NCBI GenBank assembly: GCA_965644315.1
Contig: CBFFRQ010000016.1
Location: 62,001 to 126,000 of the forward strand
Origin: Caecitellus pseudoparvulus
Lineage: Eukaryota > Protista > Bigyra: Bicosoecida
Length of the DNA: 64,000 nt
Reading direction: 5' to 3'
Within the stretch, counting starts at the first letter, position 1. The number at the start of each line of letters is the position of its first letter. A program made the position numbers and the translations under genes. Of the stretch, positions 46,595-56,498 are shown in pieces. The notes below the pieces were generated by a model. The model did no database searches, was not told the DNA's origin, and saw only the letters and a list, made by a program, of their open reading frames with translations.

Positions 46595-47039
46595 GACTGC
46601 TGTGTGACTTCGGCCAACCCTTCAAACCAATTCTAAATGGGCTCGTGGCTGCCAGCCACTGGGCCCTGCTTCGCCTCAGCCCGAACGGTGCTTGGCAGCG
46701 TTGCAGGCTTTCTCAGCATAGAGGCCCCAGCAGCGCGGCCTTGCCGGTCGCAGAGAGCGCAACTAACATGAGTTGACGTGTTCATGGCGCGCCCGCAGTC
46801 CAGGGCGAGAGCAATGGGCACGGTGCCGGAGATTTGGTGCCGGCCCTGACGTGACAATTTCCGCGTGGGGCCTGGACCCCCCCCCTCGCAGCAGCCAGAG
46901 AGACAAGAGTCCACAATTCCATTCACCACAAAAGCATGGGTGGAAATGGCTCTGGAGCAGAGGCTCATTCTGCGGGGTTGGGCAGTTCCATCGGCACGGG
47001 TGACACCAACGCCAGCTGAGTGCGGTAATTGAGCTGGGC

Positions 47040-48055
47040 ATGTCTGACACTGGCTCGCCCCCTGGCGAGGGCGCGGCGCAGACGCCAGCCGTGCCCTCCT
47101 TCGGAAAGGTGGCACGAAAGGGGAAACGCAAGGGTGTGAAACGCAGGCGGGCCACTGGTGCGCTCCCTGCCACGCACGCCTGCACGGCTTGCATACAGCA
47201 CCAATCCCTTGCTGCTCCGCACAGAGCCAGAGGAAGAGCTGGATGCGGGGCCGGCTGATGCCGTGGCCACCATTGCAGACATTCGAGAGGAACAAAAGGT
47301 GCCGTGCATGTGCAGCGGACCGCCCCTGCCGCCCCCCGTCATGCTCTGCCACCGCTCTTGCACAGGCCCGGGTGCGCAGGCGAGGTGTGGACGGCACAGG
47401 CGCTGACGCAGCGACAAACCCCATCACTGCCGCCGCAGCAGCCAAGGCGAAGCGAGAGGCTGCAGCGGCGTCCAAGGCAGCCGCAGCCGCCGCCTCTGCC
47501 CCCGCAGCTGGCGTTTCCGCCGCCACACTGGCCGAAGTGTCACAGCAAGCAGCGAAGATGGACCCGCTGCTCAAGGGCGGTTTCCGCGTTGAAACGCACA
47601 AGAAAGTGGACCTGGACGCCGACGATAACCCGCTCATGGCAGCGTATGTGGCTGAGCGCCTGGCAGAGATCAAGGGCACCGCACCGAGTGACTCCGCCCA
47701 GTCGGGTGCAACGCCAGCTGACTCGGCTGGCGCTGACGCCGACATGTACGCCCTGCCACCTGCCGCTGCAGCAGCCGTCGCGGCAGCAGCAGCTGTGAAG
47801 CCAGCTGCTCCAGCCCACGCTGGCCCGCTGTACATGAACATGGGGTTGGCGGAGGTGCAGCTGCCGCAGTCCTTTGCCGACGCCAACGCAGCAGCCACGC
47901 GTGCTGCGTTGGAGCAGCAGATGCAGCAGGGCGTACCAAGCCCCTCTAGCACGGCGCCGAGGGGCGGCTCCCTCACGGCGAATTACGCGTCCCAGGCGGC
48001 ACAGTACGAGGCCGCCGCTGCCCGGCCCAAGCGCGTGCCCGGGTCCCATCCCTGA
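47040..48055 (+). CDS. TLS1: C9orf78/Tls1 (Hep59) splicing-associated protein
   Basis: Two introns. Motifs IREEQK/ARVRRRGV, FRVET...MAAYVAERL, MYALP, GLAEVQLP...N...T and ANY. Confidence 0.8.
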
Positions 48056-48167
48056 GCCAGCGAGGGGCGGGGTGGGCAGCGCACGCTGGACGCACAGTGC
48101 ATTGCAGTGGCACAGAAATTACAACACGCCAGGGGCCGGCAGCAGAGGCCACGCTCCGGGCCGCAGC

Positions 48168-49123
48168 CTACACAATGCGCTCCAGCTCTGTTGCGTAGGC
48201 CAGCGTCTGGTGCATGACAGCCTGGGCGGGGATGGCGCCGGCAGAGCTGGTGCTGTCGGAATGAAAGATGACGCGATCACCCTCCACGCGCCACTCGGGC
48301 TGCTCCGCCGCGGCGTACTTCGCCACCGCCTCCGCTGAGGGCAGGTGCAGGCGCTGTGCGGCAGCCTGCAGGGTCATACTGGGATAGGCGGCGGCGGCAC
48401 AGCTGGCCGCCTCGCCTCGGGCCGTGTCTTGCAGGGCCTGCACGAAGGGCGCGTAGAGGGGAGACGGCAACGCTCCGTCTCCCGCTCCGGCTGCCTTGCC
48501 GAAGTAGCCCTGCTGCAGCGCCTGCTGCAGCTCCAGGGGAAACGCCACCAGGGGCGATGCTGTGTCGGTGTCATCCAACAGCTCCAGCTCCACATGGAAC
48601 ACGTCAAGCTTGTTCTCCACCAACAGACGCAGCAGGTTCAGTCCCAAGATCAGCGCGCGCTGCGTGGAGGGCGTCACCTTGTCCCTGGAGAAGGAGAGGG
48701 GTGGTGGACACAGGTGCCACCAACAGGCCGGCGGCATACTGACGTGCGCTGGGCACGCACTTGAGCGCAGCGTAGAATGGCCGGAGTTGGGCAAAGTGCT
48801 TCTCGAACTCCTCGGATGATCCCTTCTTCGTGCTGAGAATGCACGCAGCTTCGAAGGTGTCCCCTGCGCATCGACGGCAGGCCAACCATGTACGGCGTGT
48901 CACGGTGAAACGCCAGTGGCGGGGTGCACGCACGAGCCACCTGCATCTCTTGGGCAGCGGTGCTGCTCTGGGCCAGAGTGGGCGGAAGGGAGGGAAACGA
49001 CATCAAAGCCACCTTCAGCTGCACGAGGGCCTCCTCTGCTGCCGGGAAGTTTCCGGAGTTCACGGCATCCTGCAGCTGGCTCAGCAAGCCCGCTGCTTGA
49101 GCCACGCCAACGGTAGACGCCAT
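48168..49123 (-). CDS. RPN12: 26S proteasome lid subunit RPN12/PSMD8
   Basis: Two introns. Motifs LVQLKVAL, DTFEAACILS, FEKHFAQLRPFY, ILGLNLLRLLVENKLDVFHVELE and LAYATELERIV. Confidence 0.95.
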
Positions 49124-49427
49124 GCTGCCTGGGCTGTGTGGGCGAGGACTGAGGAATCTGACGTAGTTCCGAGCACGTGCAAGTTGTGATGGGTTTCCGT
49201 TGTCGTGGTAAATGGTTGTGCATCCTTCCGCTGACTGCTCCGAAGTTCGACAGTGGGGAAGGAAGACCTGCGTGGTCTGCCGTGCACCACGCAGCGTTCG
49301 GGACAGCGCTGCGCATGGTGCCACAAAATGAATCACCCAGGGGAACCTCGTAGCCAGTCAGAGGTGGCGTGTGCAGCTCTACTTTCCTCGGCAGCCAGCC
49401 CGACCACGCCTTCCCTTGTGCACCACC

Positions 49428-50546
49428 ATGCCGTTGCTGACCATCATCGCCCGTGTCACAGATGGACTGCCGCTCGTGCGTCCACTGCTGCCGCCTGCAC
49501 CACATACACCCACAGGACAATTGTCCGATCCCTATGCAGGTGGCTTCGCAGCCCAGCAGTGGCAGCCAGGACCTGACAACGATGCGGGAACAGGTACGCA
49601 GCAAGCAGGCAGCGGACGGAAATTGAGAGGGAAACGCCAGACGCACGCTGCACCTGCGCAGGCACGGCAAATCATCCGCAAGCTGAACCACCACTCGCCG
49701 TTGAAGATGGCCATTGATGCTGGTGACTACTACTTCTGGTGCGTTTGCCACCTGCTCCAGTGCCCTCCTTCCCTCTGCACGGCGCTGCTCTTGCCACGTG
49801 TGGCGCACGCAGCTACGTGATTGAGGATGGCATGTGCTACCTGACGTTGAACAAGCAGTCCTTCGCGCGGCGCCAGTGCTTCGCCTTCTTAGCGGCTGTT
49901 AAAGCAGAGTTTGTGCAGCACTTGCAAACGACGCATGGGGCCGGGTGCGTGCTCCCGCATCGCAACGCAGCAGGCGCACGAGTGCATCACTAGTCCACTC
50001 AAATCGCCTCTGCAGATGGCGCACCGCAGTCGACACCGTCGCACGGTCGTACAAGTTCATCCGCTTCGACAAAAACATCCAACAGATCGGGTGTGTTCCG
50101 CCTGCGCACTCCCTTGCAGCGCCAGCAGACGTCACTCCCCTGCGTTCTTCCTTGCTCAGGCGAGAGTACAGTGACCCCGACAAGCGCCCCGACGCACGGC
50201 TGGCGGAGGAGCTGGCAGACATCCACACCATCATGCAGCGCAACCTGCAGGAGGTGCTCAACCGCGGCGAGAAGCTCGAAAGTGAGTCTCGCGCCTGCCA
50301 GGAGTGCCCTAGCCCGTGGCTCGCACCGCCTGCCCACCCCCTCGCACAGCCACCAGCAAGATCACTAGCCGGCTGAGGGACCAGAGCTCCAAGTACAAGT
50401 GGAACGCCACGCAGATGAACCGCATGGCCTGGCTCAGGCGCATGGCCCCCTGGGCAATCGGCGCCATCTTGCTGCTGGCAGTGCTGTATTGGAGGTTTGG
50501 CATGGGCAGTGCAGCTGAAGCGGCAGAATCTGCAGATGGGCAGTAG
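49428..50546 (+). CDS. SEC22: R-SNARE SEC22 (longin domain)
   Basis: Multi-exon. Motifs MPLLTIIARVTDGLPL, ARSYKFIRFDKNIQ and ELADIHTIMQRNLQEVLNRGEKLE, plus a C-terminal TM. Confidence 0.93.
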
Positions 50547-50683
50547 ACCGCACCGGTGCACTTTCCGTGACAAGGGGTGCAGAGGAACGCCAACTTTAGA
50601 CAGCCATCTGAGTTCCTGCATTGCTGCGCCTGTATAATTTCATTTGCGTTGTTTCAAGCGGCACACTCACCTGCCTCGCTGCC

Positions 50684-50694
50684 CAATTTCCGCA
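50684..50694 (+). promoter_or_regulatory. CAATTTCCGCA start-proximal motif (representative copy, 2 nt before the AFG2-like ATG)
   Basis: The same 10-11-mer also occurs at 31387, 35843, 37509, 46855, 56373, 62573 and 2686, in either orientation. Confidence 0.55.
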
Positions 50695-50696
50695 CC

Positions 50697-53330
50697 ATGG
50701 CCAGTCCCAGACCCTCACTTACCTGGGGAGGCAAGGCCTCCTTGCCCATGTGCGGGCCGCATGGCCACAACGCTCTGGTCGTTTCTCCGCCAGACGCTGC
50801 AGCGCTGCGCCTGCTTCCAGGCATGCTTGCTGCAGTGCTGGACAGCCGAGGCAGGCGCATTGCTGTGGGATTCTTGTGGACCAGCCCGGCGGTGAAGCCT
50901 GGCACTTTGCAAGGCGGGCACTTCCCACACCGCCTCGTCTCAGCTGGCTTCACGACCTTTGCCTTGGCCAAGGGCATCACACTGCAGCCGTTGCCTGGGG
51001 CCGGACCAGTGCCAGTTGCCCTGGCCGTGACAGCTTCCGCTGCAGCTGAAGAACAGGCTGCAGCCCTGCCATCCCAGACCACAGCCATGGTTGCGCTGGG
51101 CGGGGCACTGGTGTGCCCTGGAATGGCCCTAGCACTCCCCGTGCCCGTCCCTTCCTTGCCGACAACCCCAGGCGGCGCCCGTGAAGCGCAAAGCGACACG
51201 GTCCCCCAAGCATCCCCCGCGCAACCCTCCCGGACCACTGGGGGCGACTCACCCTCAGCATGGTCGCCCTCCTCGCCGGGCCTCGCATATGCAGACTCCA
51301 CAACACCCTCCTCCACCTCCCCCGTGTTGTCTTTGACTCTGACATGCCCTACATCTGACGCGCCAGTGCAGCAGGTGCTGGCTGGCTGGACGCAGGTGTC
51401 GGTGCATCGCCAAGCAGATGCCGAAGCAGCCCAGGCCGCACCCCTGCCCAAAGATGGTCCCCACAGCAGTGCAGCCCTCACCGCCTCTGCTGCGCCAGCT
51501 GCACTGCTGCAGCACCTCGTCCGCACCCTCCGCGGGTCGCTTGAACCAGCCACGTGGTCAGCGTTTTCCGCAGCAGAAGGCGGCCCCCCTCCTCGCGGCA
51601 TGCTGCTGCACGGACCCCCCGGCACAGGCAAGAGCACACTTGCCAGGCAAGCTGCCCGAGCGCTGGCCTGCGAGGTGGTGCATCTGGATGGAGGCGCGTT
51701 GTGTGGCCTTCCCCCCCAGCAGGCTCGAGCAGCCATCGCCAAAGCGTACGCATGCCTGCCCTCCACGCTGCAGCCAGATCCCAAAGTGCGCTGGCTCACA
51801 CATGACATGCCTGCACCTGCGAGTGTCGCTTCGCCCTCTGTCGCTGCAGCGGCCCGTGAGAGCGACCCAGACCACAGCCAGCGCTGGCCAAGCCTCGCAC
51901 GTGCAGGTCGCATGGTGATCGTGGATGAGGTGGACGCGCTGGGCAGCGGCAGGGGCGGGGGGGGTGCCAGTGCCGCCTCCACTTCCCTTTTGCAGACGCT
52001 CCAAGGCGTCATGCAGAGCACTGGCAGCTCTGGCAAGCCCATCCCTATCATCACAGTGGGCACCACGAACAGGCAAGCCGATGTCGCGCCTTGCTTGCAG
52101 GCTGCCGGCTGCCTGGACAGCGCTTTGGCCGTGCCGCCCCCCTCGTCCACGTCCCGTCTGAGCATTCTACAGGGCTTGTTTCCCGCACACTTGCACGTAG
52201 AGGCTGGGGATGTCCCGACGGCTACAGGCTTTCGAGCAGGCCCCACGCGGAGCTACCCACACACCCTCACGCAGGAACAGCTGCAAGACATTGCCGAACG
52301 CACGAATGGATATGTCGCAGCGGACCTGGCAGGCATGGCACGAGAGGCAGCCTTGTCGGCTCTGCATCGAGCGCAGCAGGCTGCTGTGCACTTCTCGGAT
52401 ATTCAGCACGGCCTGGCCAAGGTGCAGCCCTCTGCGCTGCGGGCTGTGACCGTGCAGGTGCCCAGTACCGCCTGGACTGACGTAGCTGGCGCCGAAGATG
52501 CCAAACAGGTCCTACAGGAGGCAGTGCAGTGGCCGCTGGAGCAGCCGGAGCTCTTTGCGCAGGCAGGCGTTGCGCCGCCCATAGGCGTGCTCCTGTACGG
52601 GCCGCCTGGCACCGGCAAGACGCTGCTCGCAAAAGCCCTTGCACACGAAACGAGGGCAAACTTCATCTCTGTCAAAGGCCCTGAGCTGTTTTCGATGTAT
52701 GTAGGCGACAGTGAGAAGGCGGTGCAGGCGCTCTTCGCTCGTGCGCGCGCTGTCGCACCGTGCGTTGTCTTCATTGACGAAGTGGACGCCATGGGGCGCA
52801 AACGAGGTGGCAGCGCCAGCACAGGCACGTCAGTGGGTGACAGGGTCTTGAACCAGCTGCTGACTGAGATGGACACCCTAGCGTCAGCCTACTCCACCAC
52901 CATCGGGCAAGGCGCCTCGGCTGCCGATTGGCTTGCCTCACGCGTGGTCGTGGTGGGAGCCACGAACAGGCCTGACACTCTGGACCCCGCTCTCATTCGA
53001 CCTGGGCGCCTGGAGCGCCTCGTGCACGTAGGCCTGCCAAGTGCCGAGGCCAGGTGCAGCCTGCTGTCTGCTGCCCTGCGGAAAGTGCAGGCAGGCGCGT
53101 TGTCGGAAGATGTGGTGGCAGGCGACATTGCCGCTGCTCTTGCGTCAGCATCAGGGGCAGAAGTGGCCGGTGTGGTGCGCACAGCAGCCATGGCAGCCAT
53201 AGCAGAGGATCCAAACGCACCAGTGCTGCGCCAACGACACTTATTGGCCGCAGCACAGCGCCTTGTGCCCCAAGCCACAGCGGCTTCGTTGCAGTTCTAC
53301 CGAGACTGGGGCAAGCAGCAACAGCGATGA
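50697..53330 (+). CDS. CDC48-family double AAA ATPase, AFG2/SPATA5-like
   Basis: D1: GMLLHGPPGTGKST...DEVD, TNGYVAADL. D2: WTDVAG, GVLLYGPPGTGKT, ISVKGPELFSMYVGDSE, FIDEVD, GATNRPDTLDPALIRPGRL. Confidence 0.88.
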   Translation: MASPRPSLTWGGKASLPMCGPHGHNALVVSPPDAAALRLLPGMLAAVLDSRGRRIAVGFLWTSPAVKPGTLQGGHFPHRLVSAGFTTFALAKGITLQPLPGAGPVPVALAVTASAAAEEQAAALPSQTTAMVALGGALVCPGMALALPVPVPSLPTTPGGAREAQSDTVPQASPAQPSRTTGGDSPSAWSPSSPGLAYADSTTPSSTSPVLSLTLTCPTSDAPVQQVLAGWTQVSVHRQADAEAAQAAPLPKDGPHSSAALTASAAPAALLQHLVRTLRGSLEPATWSAFSAAEGGPPPRGMLLHGPPGTGKSTLARQAARALACEVVHLDGGALCGLPPQQARAAIAKAYACLPSTLQPDPKVRWLTHDMPAPASVASPSVAAAARESDPDHSQRWPSLARAGRMVIVDEVDALGSGRGGGGASAASTSLLQTLQGVMQSTGSSGKPIPIITVGTTNRQADVAPCLQAAGCLDSALAVPPPSSTSRLSILQGLFPAHLHVEAGDVPTATGFRAGPTRSYPHTLTQEQLQDIAERTNGYVAADLAGMAREAALSALHRAQQAAVHFSDIQHGLAKVQPSALRAVTVQVPSTAWTDVAGAEDAKQVLQEAVQWPLEQPELFAQAGVAPPIGVLLYGPPGTGKTLLAKALAHETRANFISVKGPELFSMYVGDSEKAVQALFARARAVAPCVVFIDEVDAMGRKRGGSASTGTSVGDRVLNQLLTEMDTLASAYSTTIGQGASAADWLASRVVVVGATNRPDTLDPALIRPGRLERLVHVGLPSAEARCSLLSAALRKVQAGALSEDVVAGDIAAALASASGAEVAGVVRTAAMAAIAEDPNAPVLRQRHLLAAAQRLVPQATAASLQFYRDWGKQQQR

Positions 53331-53373
53331 TGCCCCCATGCAGAGGCTGGCGTCTCAATCAACATGCATTGCT

Positions 53374-55283
53374 TCAAAGGGCGACGACGGTGTCCTCCAC
53401 CCCCAGGCTGGACTGCACGCGCTGGACTGACACCCCTGGAAGCAGGCCAAGGCAGCCGATGAGCAAGCCTGCCACCTGTGCCCACGCCTGCCACAGCAGC
53501 CTGGCCACGCCAGCACTGAAGTCCAAGGAGCCCTGTGTGGACACCCTGTGTTGTGCGGTGCGGGGCTGGTTCCGCGCCAGCGGCAAGACGACGAAGTTCC
53601 CCAGTGTGATGGCTGCCGCATCGCCCAGCGCCCAAATCGCGTGGCCAAGCGCCAGGTCCCGCACCTGCCACACTTTGCTGCTTTCGATGAACCACTTCGC
53701 AAGCGCCCCGATGCGTCTGCCAACGCCCGAAGTGAGGAGCAGACCGTTGAATACCAGCAGCGCCTCGTGGGGGCCCAGTGACAAGCACATCACGCGCGGG
53801 TTTGGCCACGAAGGAAAGCCCGAAATGGCGTCTGGGTATACCCCCAAGCCTTGCACTGGGCCTGTCTTGGAGCAGCCCAGGACAGTCCAAATGGGGAGAA
53901 TGCACACACTCCACAGCAGCGTCATCGCCTTCACCAACGAAAGCCACAGCACCGTACCCACGGTGCCTGAACCGTGTGAGGGTTTTGCACTCGGGAATTC
54001 CTGTTGCACGCTGCGGGCAATGTTGGCTGCCACCAAGTGTGCCTGTAGCTCGGCTGTGTGTGCGAGTTTGAGCTCGGAGGTGCCGGCGTGCAGAGCCACA
54101 TCCCCAGCCGCGAACACCCGCCCTGAGCTTGCGTGCCCGGTCGGGAAGGGGACAGCCAAACACCGGTCCACCTGCACCTGCCCACCAGGCAGGACGAAGG
54201 GGTGTGTCCCAGAGCTACACGCTCGCAGGAAGTCGGAGCAGGGCTTGAAACCGACGCAGGTGAAGATGACGTCACCGTGCAGTGTGCCGCCATCCTGCAG
54301 CTCCAGCATGCCACCGCGAATGCCAAACAGCACCTCCTGCTCTGCACTGCGGGGCTCGGCACCACGCAGCACTTGAGGAACACTCTGCCCAGGATTAGAT
54401 CTGGAACGAGACCTGCTGCGGGTGCTGGTGGATGCAGCAGGGGCAGAGGACTCCGCGGCATCCGTTCGCTTCGCCCGAGTGCCCAGCAATACCTTGACGC
54501 CACGGCGCTGAAACCAAGCAAGGGCAGCACTGCCGACAGGTGAAGGCTGATCGTGCAGCAGGGAAGGCGCTGAAGATATCAGGGTGATGTGCATGTTGGG
54601 ATGGTGCGTTGCCAGCTCACCCGCCATTTCAACTCCCACTGCACCACCGCCTACCACGACTGCTCGCTGCACACTTGGACAGCTCACACGCCTAGCCACT
54701 GCCCGAATGCAGGCTTGGCGCACTGCCAGATCCCCCTCTGCATGGGTAGGCTTCATGGGTGCAGCGTAGTCGCTGCCTGTCGCCAGCACCAGGAAGTCAT
54801 ATGTTCGAGACAGCTGTGCTCCACCTGCTCTGCGCCGCGTTGCATGCACCTGCCGGGACTCAAAGTCGACGCGGGTGACATCTGCCCATGTGAAGGTGAT
54901 GTTGTCAGCTGCGGCAGCCGGTGCAGCACCTTCCCCAAACCACGCAGCAGAGGTGCTGGCAGTCGGCCACCACGCCAGGAACTGAGCAGCCCAGCTGGGC
55001 CCAGCGATGACGTGGTGCATGTCGGTGTGCAGCAGTGGCAAGTGGTCGGGGTCCACCAACGCACGGAGCACCCCTGGAGTGTACTCGTGATAGTTCCTTT
55101 TGTCGATGATTTCCACCTGTGCGCAGGGCACCTTGGCCAACAGGTTCCTTGCTACCATCTGCGGAATTCGAGCAGCAGGATAGGATGGCTTGCCATGCGC
55201 GAGCGCTGTTTCATGGTAGCCCCAGCACTCACGATGGCGGAAAAAGAGCCACCAAGAATAACGACTCGTGGTGATGCATCCAT
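53374..55283 (-). CDS. AIFM2: AIFM2/FSP1 (AMID)-like FAD-dependent pyridine nucleotide oxidoreductase
   Basis: Spliced start MDASPRVVILGGSFSAI/MVARNL. Motifs YDFLVLATGSDY, VVVGGGAVGVEMAGELA, FTCVG and VFAAGD. Confidence 0.8.
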
Positions 55284-55495
55284 TTCCGAAACCTCGTTCG
55301 TTGAGAGCAAGACAGCGCCCAGGCAGCAACGGGCGTGCGCGCTGGCTGATTCCGCACACGAATCTCCCCGCGCGTATGCAAGCGGGGGACGCAGCAGAGG
55401 CCTGCAGCGGGTACTCGCAAAACTGATGGGCACCGAAAACTTCACTGGTAGAATTGTGTCATGCTCGGACGTTTTTCCACGCCAAGGCCAGCTGC

Positions 55496-56363
55496 TCAGG
55501 GAGCTGAGCCCAGCGCTGCCCCTCCGAGTCCAACGTCAGGGGGGGCCTCGCCCTCCTCAGGCGCTGGGTGGGTGACTGAGTACGCGATGTACACGAGGAG
55601 GAGAATGATAATCATGCCGCTGTACAGGAGCACCTTGTCCCCCGACACACGCCGCTCAATCATTCGGATCAAGGACTGCGACATGCCCAGCGAAGTTGCC
55701 ACGTCCAGGAACGTCCGGTGAATGCGCTGCATGGGCAGGGCAAGGTCAGGGAATGGGTGACTGCATCAGTCAGAGGCTGTCAGTGGGGCTGCTCACCTTC
55801 AGTGACGTCCCCTGCACGCGGAGTGACTCCAGCACGCTGCCGGCCGAGGCGTTGATGTCGTCCAACGCAGCAGTACTGCGGCCCAAGCTCTGCCCTTCCG
55901 CCACAAGTGTGTTCACAGTCACAGAGTGGTCCTGTGCGTGGCAATCAGGCTATCGTGCTGGTGTAGCATGTGGCCCCTCCTGTCGCAGGACACCTACGGC
56001 ACCGGCAAACAACGCCTGCCGTTGACGCGTGGCTTGACTGGCGTGGAAACCAGAGGTGAACAGCCGCTCCAGAGACGAACGGGTCATGTCACAGTCCTCT
56101 TGCAACGCTCGTAGCCTGCGTTGCCACAGCACGCGGGCCTGGCCATCCAAGCTGTCCACAGTGGAAGCCAGCGTCGCAAGACCAGCCAGGACTCGTGAGC
56201 TGAGCTGGGCTGCAGTATTCTTCATCGCATCGCCACCCAAGCCTTCCTCCAGCTGTTGCACCTGATGCTGGAGCTCGCCAACTTGGCGTCGAAGCTCTGC
56301 ATGTTGGCGGGAAACCCCACCAAGGGCCACACCACCGTCCCTGCCCCCACTGGCGTGCGCCAT
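55496..56363 (-). CDS. GOSR2: Qb-SNARE membrin/GOSR2/Bos1
   Basis: Spliced. Motifs LWQRRLRAL, RQALF, EGQSLGRS...VLESLRVQGTSLK/RIHRTFLDVATSLGMSQSLIRMIERRVSGDKVL, followed by a TM. Confidence 0.9.
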
Positions 56364-56498
56364 GTGGCGGCACAATTTCCGCAGACCAAGCGTGGCGCTT
56401 GGCAACACACAACGTCTCAAAGGCGGAACCAAGAAAGGTGTGCACTTGGGCATTCATTGATTTTGTTCGTTTTTATGATTGCTGTGCCCCACAGCTGC

